A stretch of 63,635 nt of DNA, filler included, from Reclinomonas americana ATCC 50394 (lineage: Eukaryota), in assembly GCA_048213135.1 (NCBI GenBank). It is 15 parts of 14 records of this genome, joined end to end, with 100 filler letters (N's around TTAATTAATTAA, not from the genome) between each part and the next. Parts side by side here need not be neighbours in the genome. Positions count along the whole stretch, not along the records: positions 50,244 to 58,675 come from PS016058.1; positions 58,776 to 62,155 come from PS016059.1; positions 62,256 to 63,635 come from AFZH01016585.1; 12 more parts are not named here. One strand, written 5' to 3'. The first letter of the stretch is position 1. The number at the start of each line of letters is the position of its first letter. The translations under genes were made by a program, and so were the position numbers. The notes beneath the pieces are model-generated. The model was not told where the DNA came from, did not search any database, and saw nothing but the letters and a program-made list of their open reading frames with translations. This document shows positions 50,494 to 63,362 of this stretch, in pieces.

Positions 50494-53400
50494 TGGCTCA
50501 GACGGTGACGACCTCGGCCGCTACTAGCGTGCTCGCCGCGTCCGCCACACTGCAAGGCTCCGTCAACGCCAACAATGTGGCCGGCGGTCTCACCAACTCA
50601 TTCTCCTACGGCACCACGCAATCCTCCTACGCCAGCGCCTCTGTGTCCATCTATGCAGGCAAGAGTCTGACGTCTGGCACCTTGGATGGTGCCCTCGGAA
50701 CGGCTACGTTGTACTGGATACAAGGAATGTGTATGGACCGCAACTCGGGAGACTTGTTTGTCTCAAGCATTCAGTGCGTATGTGGTAGTTGTGTGCCGTC
50801 CACCACCAGTCTCGCACTCACCTGTGCACATGCGTGTACAATGTGTCACAAAAGATCGAATACTATTCGCCGAGTGTTTCAGAACGGATACGTTGTCACC
50901 TTTGTCGGCAGTACTACGTTCGGCAGCGCTGACGGCTACGGCACTGGCGCACTCTTCAAGGCGTACGTGCCTGAACAGCAAGCTTACATTAAGAGTGCAC
51001 CGTGTCTTCTTGTTGCTGAACTCGTGATGTGCGTGTGCTTTTATGATTATGTGCAGTCCCCGAGGCCTGGCGTGCACCTCGAGTGGCTTGATCTACGTGG
51101 CCGACAACTCCAACAACTGCATTCGTGTCGTGAACATAGCCACCACCCAGGTGACCACGCTTGCTGGCAGCTGCGGCACCGTACCCTCAATTGTGGATGG
51201 TACGGGTAACAGCGCGAGGTTCAGCGCTCCGGTGGGCGTGAATGTCGACGAAGCCAACTCGGTGATGTACGTATCTGATTCCCTCGGCAACGCAATGTTG
51301 CGTTACATACACGTATCCGTCTTCGTCGCTTGTAGCACTGATATCAGCAATAACACCCTTTGCGTGCTTGGTTTGTGCAGTCGAAAGGTTCACCGATCGA
51401 TAATCAGCCGCGGCCTAGTTTACCACTCACCTACGTCTGATGCATATGCTCGTCACAGGTCACACTCCCTGGCGCCGTCGTGACCACCGTCGCAGGAAGG
51501 CCGACGGCTGGGTTTGCTGACGGTGACGCGCTCACCGTCGCAAAGTTCAACTCGCCGCAGCAAATGGCACTCAACACAAGCGCCACCACTTTGTGGATTG
51601 CCGACAAGAACAACAACGTGCGTGCGTGCACTTGCGTGTGTGTCTCTGCTTGTGCTTGTGCAAAGCTTCTTCCGACTGGATCGAAATCGCAGAGAATTCG
51701 CATATTCGACATTGTGGGGAGCAACGTGTCGACACTCGTGGGCGATGGCACGGTCTCTTCTATTAACGGACCTCGTTGCGTTGCTTCCTTTTACTCGGAA
51801 CTCGTGATGTATGGGTCTTCATCTCACCTGCTTGCGTGTCCATGCAGTTAGCATGGCCACCGTTAACGCACCGCAAGCCATTGCTTACAATGCAGATTTG
51901 CACGTGCTCTATGTTGCTGGCGTTGAGTGATTGCCCGCTTGCAGTGTGTTCATTGCACTGTCGCCTCCTCAATATGGTGGTTCGCATCGCACACAGAGAG
52001 GTAGCATAGTGCGGCAGATTGACTTGAATACCAGCACCATTACCAGGATTGCCGGCACGGGCACCGCAGGAGCAGCCACTGGCCCTGCGTTGACCACCGC
52101 TCAATTCAACAGCAATTTAGTAAGTCAACGCGGAATCGCGTTTCTCGACGCACATCTGTTGCGATTGTGCACAGTTCTCATGACCTTTCTGCGATCGTGC
52201 AGTACTGGCTGACGTGGGACCCCGCGACTGCTTCACTGCTGATTGCCGGTACGCACAGCAGGCAGAGTGTGAGTCAATTGTCGGGCGCATTGTGTTCGCC
52301 AACCTTCGTTTGCAGATCAACTCGACATGACCATCCGTCGCCTCACTCTCGGTCCGTCGTCGACGGTGGTGGCCACCCCGGTCTCGGTCACGGGCTCCAC
52401 CAACGTATCGATATCTGCCGCCATCAGTTCGCTCACCCTCGGCGCCAAGTACTACTTCCGCGCGCTGGCCACAACTTCGGGTGGTCTGGTATTCAGCGGT
52501 ACGGCGCGTTCCTTCACGACCGACAGGGCGCCCACCGACATTGGATGCTCGACCACCACGTATTTGGCGCCATCGACGGCCAACACGGTGATCTGCACAC
52601 TCAGCACGGTAGACCCGGATGTTGGCGACACGTTCACGTATGCGGTGGTCAGCAGCACGCCGGCTGGCGTGTTCTCCATTCAGTCGAACTCGCAGTTGGT
52701 GATCACGGCGGCCGGTCAAACGACGGCCTCTCTGTCGGTGACACTGAGCACCACCGACAGCGGTGCGGCGTCGTTTAGCAAAACATTCACCGTCACATCA
52801 GGTACTCAATGAGAGAGAGAAAGAAAGAGAGAAGAGAGAGGGAATGTGTTTGTGTGTGCTAGCTCAACATCAGTTTGTTTGAAGTGGTGCACGCACAAGC
52901 TTATTCTATGTTGTTGTCGCAGTGTCCACTCCCTCTGTCACATCTGTTGACAGGTCAGTCATCTTCAACAACACGGTAGCCTCGACCCTGATGACGATAA
53001 CCGGTGTTTCCTTTTTCGACGTGGCGGCCGACGTTAGTTCATTTCGCATCTCTGTCAGGGGCTCCAGTGACTTTGTCGCGGGCATACCTGTCTCTAGCAC
53101 GTACATCAACAACTCATCGATCACCCTTCGTGTACCATCGCTCGGCGTCGCGGCGGGCCCTTACTCGATGCGGGTACGATGGTCGCCTACGGCGCCGTAC
53201 GTGACGGCCTTCAACTTCGACATTGGTACGAGTCGCATAGTGACGCAATCGTTCACATCCTGCTTTTCCTCTCTCACCTGTCTTGTTCCTCTGCACACTG
53301 CAGTTGTCAAGCCGCCACAGTGGTGCCAAGATCGCACCACACTTGCTGCGGTTGCGGGAACCATTACGTCCATCACCGATGGCACACCAACTGGCTCCGC

Positions 53401-56400
53401 GTATGCCCCGTACACCTCGTGTCGGTGGGTGGTGAATAGCGTCACCCCGGGTGCCAGCGTCATGTTCCTGTCTGTCATGCGTATCGACACGGAGGTGAAC
53501 AAGGACCAGGTGCGAGTGTACACTGGTGATGCTGGAGAGTCGGCGGCGACGCTTGTGGCATCTTTTTCAGGCGACCGCATCGGCGCACCTGTTGAGCTCT
53601 CTGGCAGTTGTGTCCGCTGTGCTGCGCCGCAATATGTGTCACACACTGCCTAATCCCTTGTTAAACTCGAATGCAACAGCAACCACACTGCTAGTGGTCT
53701 TTGAGGCCGATGGAACTCAGCAACGCAGTGGCTGGGAGATTCAAGTGTATGGTGAGTCGCTGCCGACTGTGTGGAATTAGTTCTACGAGCATGCAGCAGG
53801 CTCACTGCACAGAGCAGTACCACGAGGCCTGCAGGTCACGCTCTCCGGCGATGGTGGAATCTACTCATGGGGAACGAAGGTAGAGCTATCGGCGACTGTC
53901 GTCGACTTGGATAATCGGTCGTCTTTTGCGTCGGTAGGCTGAAGCACGGATATCGATCGACAGATGTACGAGCCTTCTTCTCTCATGTGTTGTACGTGTT
54001 TGCGTGTGTAGGCCGTTCCACTTGCTGTCTCTTGGAGCTGCGTCTTTTTCTCCGCCTTGGGCTCTGGCGCTGCCGAAGAGTGTGGCTTGTCGTTCACCCC
54101 GGAGTTGACCAACATCGTGGGACCTGGTGGCATGCGGAACGGAACGTTTCGAAAGCAGTTGCCGTCGGTGACATGCACTCTGTTTCATGTTTCTTATTTT
54201 CTACGATGCGCACCAGGTACGCATTCACTGTATTAGCCAAACGAGGCAGCTTCTCGGCCACGGCCAGCTCCTCCATCACTTACGGCGCCTCAAATTCCTT
54301 GTATTTGTTGGTGGTTCGTGTTTACCGGTGTGAATGTCAGTGATCGTCGTTGCCCGAGTGCTCACCACACGTGCACTGAGGCGTAGCCGAGTGTCGGCGA
54401 AACTTCTTCGCAGTTGCGCAACTGGATGGAGCCGTTTGTTGTGCGCGCCGTCATGTCGGGTGCGATTGCCGATCGATCAGATGTGACGGCCAGATTCAAT
54501 GTCACCGGTGTGTGTTGCGCTTTTGTACCCCTTTCCCGCGCATTGCTCACTCGTGCACTGTGACGCAGATCTGCGCACTGCGTCCGCTGTCTCTCTCGAC
54601 AAATTCGAAATCGTGCGGAACTCACGTTCGCTGCCGATTGCTTTACGCGTCGCGGCAGGTGTGTTGGATGCTGGCGCACGCTACGAGTTTGCATACGCTG
54701 CGCAAGCCGGAGGATCCATGTGTTGCGTGTGGTGCTGGGTCGATTTCCTCTTTTGTCTGCACCAGTTGATCTGTGTGTATTTTAGTGAGCACGACACTCG
54801 AGGTGGCCATGCGACCGCGTCCCAGTATCACGGGTTCGATTATGGCGACGCCGCAGCAGGGCGTTGAGCGATCCACGCTTTACACGATCACTGCGCCGAC
54901 GGGGAGCGGCGGCACCGGTGCGGTGTTATTCTACACATTTTACTACAATCGAGTGCGTACGGGCACTGCTGTACTCCTCGGTGTGCAGCTGAACTCGACG
55001 CTGGTTACCACCCTGGAGGCCGGTGATCCAAACGACCAGTACCGCGTGTCTGTTCAAGTGGAAGTCAGTGATGCGACTGGCGTGGCATCCAAGTTTCGTA
55101 AGTTGGTACCATTTCACGCTCTGTTCACCAACATGCCTTTGTGATTGGCGCAGGGCGAGTTTGAACACCACAGTTATCGTCAGCCCGCAACCGAGTGCAG
55201 GCTCCGCGCAGCTCCAACAGCAATTTGTCACGGGTGTGTCGACTCTGTCAGCGATGCCGCTCCGTGACAGCGCCGATGCCGCGCAGGTGGTGGCGCGCGC
55301 ATCCTATCTGCTGGCGATGCTGGAGGAGACCGATGGTCGAACAGCAGTGCTGGCCGGTGGTACGCCAACATATGCGGCCATGGTCTCTGTTGCCACGCAG
55401 TTGTCGACTGCGACCGCGCTGCTGCGCCCCAGTGATATGCCGCGTGTCGTAACCGGCTTGCTGAATTGCCTCAATCTGTGCTCCTTGTGCGTTTCTCCTT
55501 TCGTCTCTACAAAAACTGTTCATCTGTGCACTCACTTGCCTTCTCCCCGCAGTGCGCTGCCGCAGCTTCCTCAAACTGAGCGCATCGCGGTCATTGGAGC
55601 CATAGTTTCATCGTCCGAGGCCGTCTCGAAGTCGTCAATCGTGAGTCAGAGTTCAGATGCTGCCTCGATACTGCAACTTGCCGATCGCCTCGCCGCGACA
55701 CTGCCCGGAATCGCTCAAGCTGTGGATACAAGTCCCTTGGGCAGTCGACTCACAAAGTCGGCAGAGCAGGTGCTCACCACTGCGGTGGCGGTGCAGGTAT
55801 GCTGAAAGAGGGGCTCGCGCAGTACGCCTTCTTGTCTTACATTTCGACATGCAATCCAACCGCAGATTCCCGGTGATGCACCTGCTCGCTTTGTTGGTTC
55901 CACCTTCACAATGGAGGCAGCGCACTTCTCAGCCGAGCAGCCACCGACTGCCGCCAGCGCCGTCAAGTTCGTAGACAACAACAACGCGACGACGGTCTTG
56001 GAAGCTCTGCCTCAGTTCAATGCTGCAAGCGACTCTACATCGGCGGCTGCATCCTTCGCCTTTCCGCGTTCATTTGCGTCCGTTGTTGGTGGGCGCAGCG
56101 ACAGTGCCGTGTACATATCGACCATGTTCGCTGCCGGCACGAATCCGTACGACGTACTTGGTTCCGGCACCGTGAATCAGGGCAGTAACAAGACAGCCCA
56201 GCTGCTCACCTCCATCCACACCTTCAAGTTGATTGACGCGACAGACTCATCATCGATCACGGTTTCGAATCTGACGGAGTGGTTTTACTTTCAACTGGGC
56301 GGCACAAACAGGACTCTGGGCGAGCAGATCGCCGGGCAGCTGGTGGGCGCTGCTCCTATCCGCTGTGCTCTCTCTCTCTTCCGGACGCGATACTGACTCA

Positions 56401-59400
56401 GTAGAGTGCTGCTGCGCACAGAACAACACGCTGCGTTACATGCAGTCGTGCAACCCGGGGAGCTACACATTCAGCACGTCTGTTCAGCTCGTACCGCTGT
56501 TCAATATGTGTTCGCGGGGGGCGCCGTCTACGACGAATTCCACCGCCGCTACCTCGTCAAATACCACTCTTGCAGTCAATCCGCAGCGCCTCGACATGTG
56601 CGTGTATTGGTCGACACTGACGGGCAAGTGGAGCGCCGATGGTTGTCGCTCGTACTTAAAGGTGCTGGAAGACGGCTTCCTGTCCGAGCTCCGTGAGATG
56701 CCCTCTCTTGCTAAACAAGCCATCATTGTTTCGCAGGTCCAGANNNNNNNNNNNNNNNNNNNNNNNNNNNNNNNNNNNNNNNNNNNNNNNNNNNNNNNNN
56801 NNNNNNNNNNNNNNNNNNNNNNNNNNNNNNNNNNNNNNNNNNNNNNNNNNNNNNNNNNNNNNNNNNNNNNNNNNNNNNNNNNNNNNNNNNNNNNNNNNNN
56901 NNNNNNNNNNNNNNNNNNNNNNNNNNNNNNNNNNNNNNNNNNNNNNNNNNNNNNNNNNNNNNNNNNNNNNNNNNNNNNNNNNNNNNNNNNNNNNNNNNNN
57001 NNNNNNNNNNNNNNNNNNNNNNNNNNNNNNNNNNNNNNNNNNNNNNNNNNNNNNNNNNNNNNNNNNNNNNNNNNNNNNNNNNNNNNNNNNNNNNNNNNNN
57101 NNNNNNNNNNNNNNNNNNNNNNNNNNNNNNNNNNNNNNNNNNNNNNNNNNNNNNNNNNNNNNNNNNNNNNNNNNNNNNNNNNNNNNNNNNNNNNNNNNNN
57201 NNNNNNNNNNNNNNNNNNNNNNNNNNNNNNNNNNNNNNNNNNNNNNNNNNNNNNNNNNNNNNNNNNNNNNNNNNNNNNNNNNNNNNNNCAGAATGAGCAC
57301 ACATCATCCACAAGCAAACAGCTCACTGAATGCACGATCATACCCTTGGGGGCTCGCAATTGTCGCTGACGACGGCGACTCTGGATCTCACTCAGCGACA
57401 TCAAGGATTCGACGTTGGATCGAGGGGATAGGGGCTCCTCAGAGCGACGTGATCCCTCCGTCGGCGTAGAAGGTGCACGGCCGAGACGGAGTGCGTTGGC
57501 GAGCTGCTGTCGCAAATTGGTCTCGCCGCGTTCGAACCAGGTGTCGTTCATCGGCAGACGTGGAGTGAATCGGAAGGCAAAGCCGGCGAGCCCACAAACT
57601 GGCACCATGGTGGCTCCTGCATTCGGTGTTGTAGGTGAGATACAGCTATTGAAGCACGTAACATATAACGATGAATTCGCGAACCAATGATGAGGCCGAT
57701 GACGAGGTCGCGGAACAAGGTCGACAGGTCAGAGACATCTCGTTGTGCGGCCAGGACGGTATTGAAGTACAAGGCGCACAAGGTGGCAAGCCACAGCACC
57801 TGTGTGCACGCACGGTGAGTATTCCTACTCGTTGTGACTTGTATGCTGCATGGCAAGACACGCAACTGTGAGTTTCTGCGTGCGCCGAAAGTTGTCCAAC
57901 GGTTGCGTGGTCATGGTGGCCAGCCACGAGTGACCGTGCTTGAACATTCGAACCAACTGAGTTCCAGCACGCACTATCGCGTACTGCTGACGCCGAGCCT
58001 CGATCAGACGAGTCACAATCGCTGTTTCATAACAATGCTTCAGCGACACACAGGCGGGTGCAGGCACAGACACGGAGACGCACCCTTGAAGTGCGCAATT
58101 ACTTCGCTGTGTCGACGCAGTTGTTGAACGAGATCAGGATCACGGATGTCCTTATTGCTTTCCCCTCTGCCATGGTCTCCAGAAGACTGTGGTCTTGGGG
58201 CAACGGAGGGAGCAACATCGCGATTCGCCTTGAGAGGAAGAGATAAAAGTCAGGGAGTGAATTTGTAGAGTGTTCCGGGTGGTGCACGCAAGGCGTACCT
58301 CGAGCATCAAAGCGGGCACAATCGTGCTCTTGGATATCACCAGGCTTCTTGCAGTTTCCAGCATGCACAATGGAACTGCGGACACTGCGATGCACAGTGA
58401 CACGTAATGCTTAGTGTGAGACGAGAAAAAACCACCGACATCGTCAACAGCTCACCAGCCGGTGGACTGGGCGCATATGGCAGCAGAGATGGGCGTCTCG
58501 CGACTATCGATGGTGAATCCAACAAGAGGCGCTGGTGACGAAAAGTTTAGAGAAATGCACCCACAAACAAACATGTGTGCGCGCGTTCCGCTGACCTCCG
58601 CAGACTTCTGCCGGTCGCCAGTCGGCAAGCTCGACTCACTCTCCGCCCTTGCACACGGGATTGCATGTGATGGTCNNNNNNNNNNNNNNNNNNNNNNNNN
58701 NNNNNNNNNNNNNNNNNNNTTAATTAATTAANNNNNNNNNNNNNNNNNNNNNNNNNNNNNNNNNNNNNNNNNNNNTATTCCCATTATTGCGGCAGGAATT
58801 GTTCCCGTGGACAGCGACTTGGAGTACCACGCTGCAGACGGCACCAAAAGGCACGAGCAATGGACCGCCAACTCGCCTGCTTCGGAATCTACGGCGGTAC
58901 GTGGTGGATCGCTGTGAATCTCGATCTACGTGCACTCTCTCTCAGTCGCTCACGACGCGGATGTGTGTGCAGTCGCCCACCGCCAAGTTCACTTCACTCG
59001 AGGCTCTTGGCAGCGAGTCATCGCACTCGCCGAGTCGGCTTGCCAAGCTGAATCGCATCCAGCGATCTCCATCCAGCGGCTCTGTGGTAGTAATCGGTGC
59101 TCGGCGATCGAGTCTTGCCAGTTTGTCGGGCAGTGAGGTGTCATTGCCGTCGCCCACCATGTTTACGGTGTGTGCACGAGTGATGAGTGCCGGCGCTTGA
59201 TGTGACGCAGCCTCACTGATTGCGTCTCCCCTCCCAGTTCGTCGCTTCAGCACGGTGCGACCTGTCGTTGGCGTCGAGTCGATGCAGAGTGTGAGTGCTC
59301 ACTACAGACGCCCCGTCGACCGTGCATGCTTGCTTGTAATGGCTGCGACCAACCATCTTCTCCGCAGATGGTGGACCACAATCTGCTAACGTCTCGCTTG

Positions 59401-61117
59401 GTGGGGAGTATCGCACGAGGCGCCGACAGCGTCGAGAGATTCGTTGCAGATGGTCCGAGTGTGGCACGCAAACCAGCAGCAAGTTGTGGTACGTAGGTTG
59501 AACAGCATCGAGCTTCGCTTGTCACGTGCGTGCTGACGAGTGTTGGTATTAGGCGACGCAGGCGCGACAGAGAGTTTCATCGTGCATGATGTCGATGAGC
59601 ACACGGCTGCGTCGGACAGCAGTGTTGGTGGTGACCAAGCGGAGAATTCCGTGTACGATGAGGATGCTGTGGACGATCTCGACGCCGTCACGGTGCATGC
59701 CGACGCTGGTGATTTGTGGGGTCGGCATTCGCAGCTGCCCAGTCTGGAGGCGGTGCTGAGCCGTGATGTGATACCGCCGGTCATCGTCTTGCGGCCTGGC
59801 ATGTACAAACCGTTCACCATCCCGGCCAGCGCGCGCACGCGGACGGGGACGCTCCAGATTCGTTCCATGCGCCAGAGTACGGCGGTGAGTGAGTGTTGTG
59901 CACAAAAGTGGTGATTGCCAAGAGAGTGCTCGTTGATTGATCCTTGTTGCGCACCACAGTGCGTTTGTGCACTTCGCTTCACCGATATGGGCGAGCAGAA
60001 ACTGGCGGTGCTTCGGCGGTGGCACGACAGCAGAGAGGTGAGTCCGTCTGTGCACTCTGGAGTTCTGTGTCTCTCCGTGTCACTCTTCGCAACGAATCAT
60101 GTTCCTCCCGCGCGTGCAGTCGGACCTCGACGATGCTGCAGTTGATGGTATGTTGCGTGAGCTGCCACCAGCCGTCTCGATTCAGGTGTCGACCGATGGC
60201 TGCACGACGGTGCGCACACTTGTCTTGCCTTGGAGAGCGTTCTCTTTCTCTCTCTTCTCACACCACAGTTGCTTCTAGGCCACTGGAGCGATGGCGGGAG
60301 AGGCGGTACGGCGGATCGAGCTGTGTGACTTGTCGTTTGAGGCGTCGGCTGCCGGCATTGCTGTGAGTTCCGTGCGCCAGTCTGAGGCGGCGGAAGAGAA
60401 CGAGGTTTGCGAGCCATGCACTTGCCGTCAGATCATCGCGTCGCGTCACTCATCGACGACGCTGCGACGCTCAGCGACGGCGTTTGAGCGTACCGTTTGC
60501 GTTTGGTGAACCCGCCGGCCTTCCGCTGGAACTATACGCACACGACAATCAGTTCCGCACCGTGCACCGACTGGTGACGTACGACTCTGTGCACACGTAC
60601 CGTCAGCTGCTGGTGCATCACGAGAACAACCTCAAAGTGGTGCCGTCGTCGTCGTTGGCGACGGCTGCAGCCGTCGGCGTGAAAGAGAAGAGTTGCGCCG
60701 TCGTGTCATTGGAAAGTGCATTTGAGGTGCTCAACTTTGCCCCACACGCAGAAGGACTGTGGTACATACTGCGAACGCGCCAGTTGCCGTATGTCACGGT
60801 AAGCGAGCATGTCCCCTTCTCCGTCTCACAAAAGTGTGTCGCCCCAACCCTCACGTGCATGCATCGCACAGGTGTACGTGGCCTACGCACTCATCTGGGC
60901 GCTCGGCCTCTTCCTGACCTACATGACGCTGGTGACGGCCGGCGTTCTCCTCGCCTCCATGGGCGAACTGCCGCTGCTGCGTGCCTCCGCTGGCAGCGTG
61001 CTGAGCGACGTGTTCATCAACGAGCCCGTCAAGCTCGTCTTCCTGTGGTTGCTGGGCCCGTGTTTTGTGCCCGCCGTCTTTGCCGATCTCCTGAGCTTTG
61101 CTGTTGGAGTCGCATAA
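50494..61117 (+). CDS. Polycystin-1-like receptor: FN3-like with NHL repeats, cadherin-like, Ig-like, CUB, REJ, GPS, PKD1-type TM segments
   Basis: NHL repeats (IYVADNSNNCIRVV, FNSPQQMAL). Cadherin-like (APTDI...TVDPDVGDTFTY). CUB (YAPYTSCRWVV...IDTEVNKDQVRVY). REJ-like (GSIMATPQQG...TLEAGDPNDQYRVSVQVEVSDATG). GPS (CVYWSTLTGKWSADGC). Final exons LPYVTVYVAYAL...FINEPVKL. Part of the gene lies in a gap and part on an inverted contig. Confidence 0.8.
57340..58530 (-). CDS. Exons encoding PKD1-type TM2-TM3 region, on the opposite strand to the surrounding gene
   Basis: Spliced KHGHSWLATMTTQPLDNFRRTQKLTVLWLATLCALYFNTVL...LVIGLIIGATMVPV matches the polycystin-1 H.W.S.....S.FTR.QR motif and the helices that follow it. 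Confidence 0.75.
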
Positions 61118-61753
61118 TTGTGATAATACGTAATAATGATAGTGATAATAGTCATATTATACAGAAGACACTTCACTGATCCATACAATGAGAATCTACC
61201 AGTGATCGCCAACAAGTCTCGTGTGCTTTCCTTCTACAACTAAAACTGTTTTTAGATTAAGTGTGTTGTCGATGTTGAGAAAAAAGCCCTATTCAGGACA
61301 CACAGCCTCCATGCCAGGAAGAAGACTTCGTCAGCAGTGACCACCAGAAGACGTCCATCGCAGTAACTACGAAGAAGAAAAAAAGATGTTGATCATATCA
61401 AGAAGAACAGTGGGGCAAGCATTGGGAAACTGTTACTTCTCTCACACCACGCCACCATGAGCAAGCGCTAGCTGCACTCCGGATCCGGATCCGGCCTGAA
61501 CCAGTGCACCGTATCGATTCTGCGTTCGGACTACGCCATGCACGCCATTCGATGCCGAGGACGAGGAGACAGCGCGTGAGTGGGAACGCATGCGCAAGTG
61601 CAGACAACGCTCTCTGCATTGACTTTTTGTGCAGCAAGCAAGAAGTCCTGCAGTGTAGTGATTGCATTGCATTGATTGTGTGCTCTGTGTGAGCAATAAT
61701 GGCTTCATCTTCATCTTCTTCGTGCAAGTCAAGTGCGCATACGGCGCCTGCAG

Positions 61754-62050
61754 TCGACGATGTGACGGAGGCGGATGTGGATCGTGTGGCGCGCATGATT
61801 CGTGCGGCGCTCGGGGTGTTTGTGGTGATGAAGCAGTCGCCGGAGAGTGTCAAGTGCAGGTGGTCGAAGGAGGTGGGAAGGGGATGGAAGGGATGATTGG
61901 GAAAGGGAGGGAGGGAGGGAGAGGGAGGGAGGGAGAGGGAGGGAGGGAGGGAGGAAGGAGAAGGGTGCGAGAAGAAGAGGGAGTGTGAGAGAGAGAGAAA
62001 GCGTGAGAGTGTGTGTGTGTGTGTGCTTGTGAGTGTGTGTGTGTGTGCGT

Positions 62051-62082
<32 letters not shown>

Positions 62083-63362
62083 GAGAGAGAGAAAGCGTGA
62101 GAGAGTGTGTGTGAGAGAGGCATGCATTGTGAGTGTGAGTTGATTGCAGCATGTGNNNNNNNNNNNNNNNNNNNNNNNNNNNNNNNNNNNNNNNNNNNNT
62201 TAATTAATTAANNNNNNNNNNNNNNNNNNNNNNNNNNNNNNNNNNNNNNNNNNNNGAAAGGGAAAGGGAAAAGAAGGAGGAGGAGGGGGAGGAGGAAAAG
62301 AGAGAGGGTGTGTATACGTTTCCGCAGGTGTGCAGAAAAAGGGGGAAGCGGATTGGAAAGGGAAAAGAAGGAGGAGGAGGGGGAGGGGAGGAGGAGGGGG
62401 AGGAGGAGGAGGAAAAGAGATAGGGTGTGTATTCTGGGTATCCGGCGTGAGCAGGAAAAGGGGGAAGGGAAAGAGAGAGGAAGAAGGAGGAGGAGGAGGA
62501 GGAGGAAAAGAGAGAGAGGGTGTGTGAGAGAGAAGTGGAGAGGGCGGAGGAGTTGGCGCAAAAGGTGACGGTGAAGGAGTGGATTGAGAAAGAGAAAACT
62601 GATAAATGTGTGAGAGAGAGAGGATGAAGGAGAAGGAGTGAGACGAATTGATGCGAAGTAGGGAGCAACAAGGGCATTCAACGGAGACAATAGAAGATAG
62701 CATTGCAGTCGTCGCTGGTCCATGAGTTTGAGTTGCATAGCTGCTGCTCCTCGTGTGATGGCTTGCAGCGGTTGAGGTCAGTACGTAAATAGTGCAGGCA
62801 GGAGGGGAAATGGAAGGAGGTGAAGAGGACTGAGAGAAGACAAGCAGGCACACAAAGAGAGAGAGAGAGACAGAAGGTGAGAGTGTGTGTGAGAAAGAGA
62901 GAGCGGTGCGGAGTGAGAAGGAGGGGATAGGCAGGAAGACGGACAGACTGGCTGGTTCGTGGCAGCGCGTATGTTGCGAAGATGTAGCGGCAAGAGAGTG
63001 CGTTAGTCAACGGTTCTCGTACGGAAGGAAGAGGAGTCAGCTCACCTCTCGTTGCTTTCCCCTTCCCCTCCTCACCCTCCTCATCCCCTCCCTTCTCAGG
63101 TGTTTGTCAATGGCGAATTCATCGGCGGCCACAGCGCCCTCGTTCAAAACATGTCCCGCGACGAACTGCGTCACATGCTATGGACACGACTCACGCAGAT
63201 CACGGTTCGCGCCTCTCCCTCCCGTTCGCCATCCCCGCCGCTGCTACTACTCACCCGCCCACCCAATAGGTGCGCTTGATGGACGGCCACGCCGTGTACC
63301 GGCAGTTTGCCAAGGGCGCGACCATGCCGAAAGTGTATGCGTTCGTGCGGAGGGAAGAGGAT
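61754..63362 (+). CDS. Monothiol-type glutaredoxin domain fused to a UBX-like domain, partial
   Basis: Exon ~61754-61872 gives VFVVMKQSPESVKCRWSKE. Exon 63100-63204 gives VFVNGEFIGG. Exon 63270-63362 continues ITVRLMDGHAVYRQFAKGATMPKVYAFV (UBX R..DG....F....T...VY.FV pattern). Confidence 0.65.

Noticed and set aside
515..63362. Alternative genetic code or stop-codon readthrough
   Set aside because: Apparent internal stops fall in introns, and TAA, TAG and TGA all terminate genes at the expected positions.
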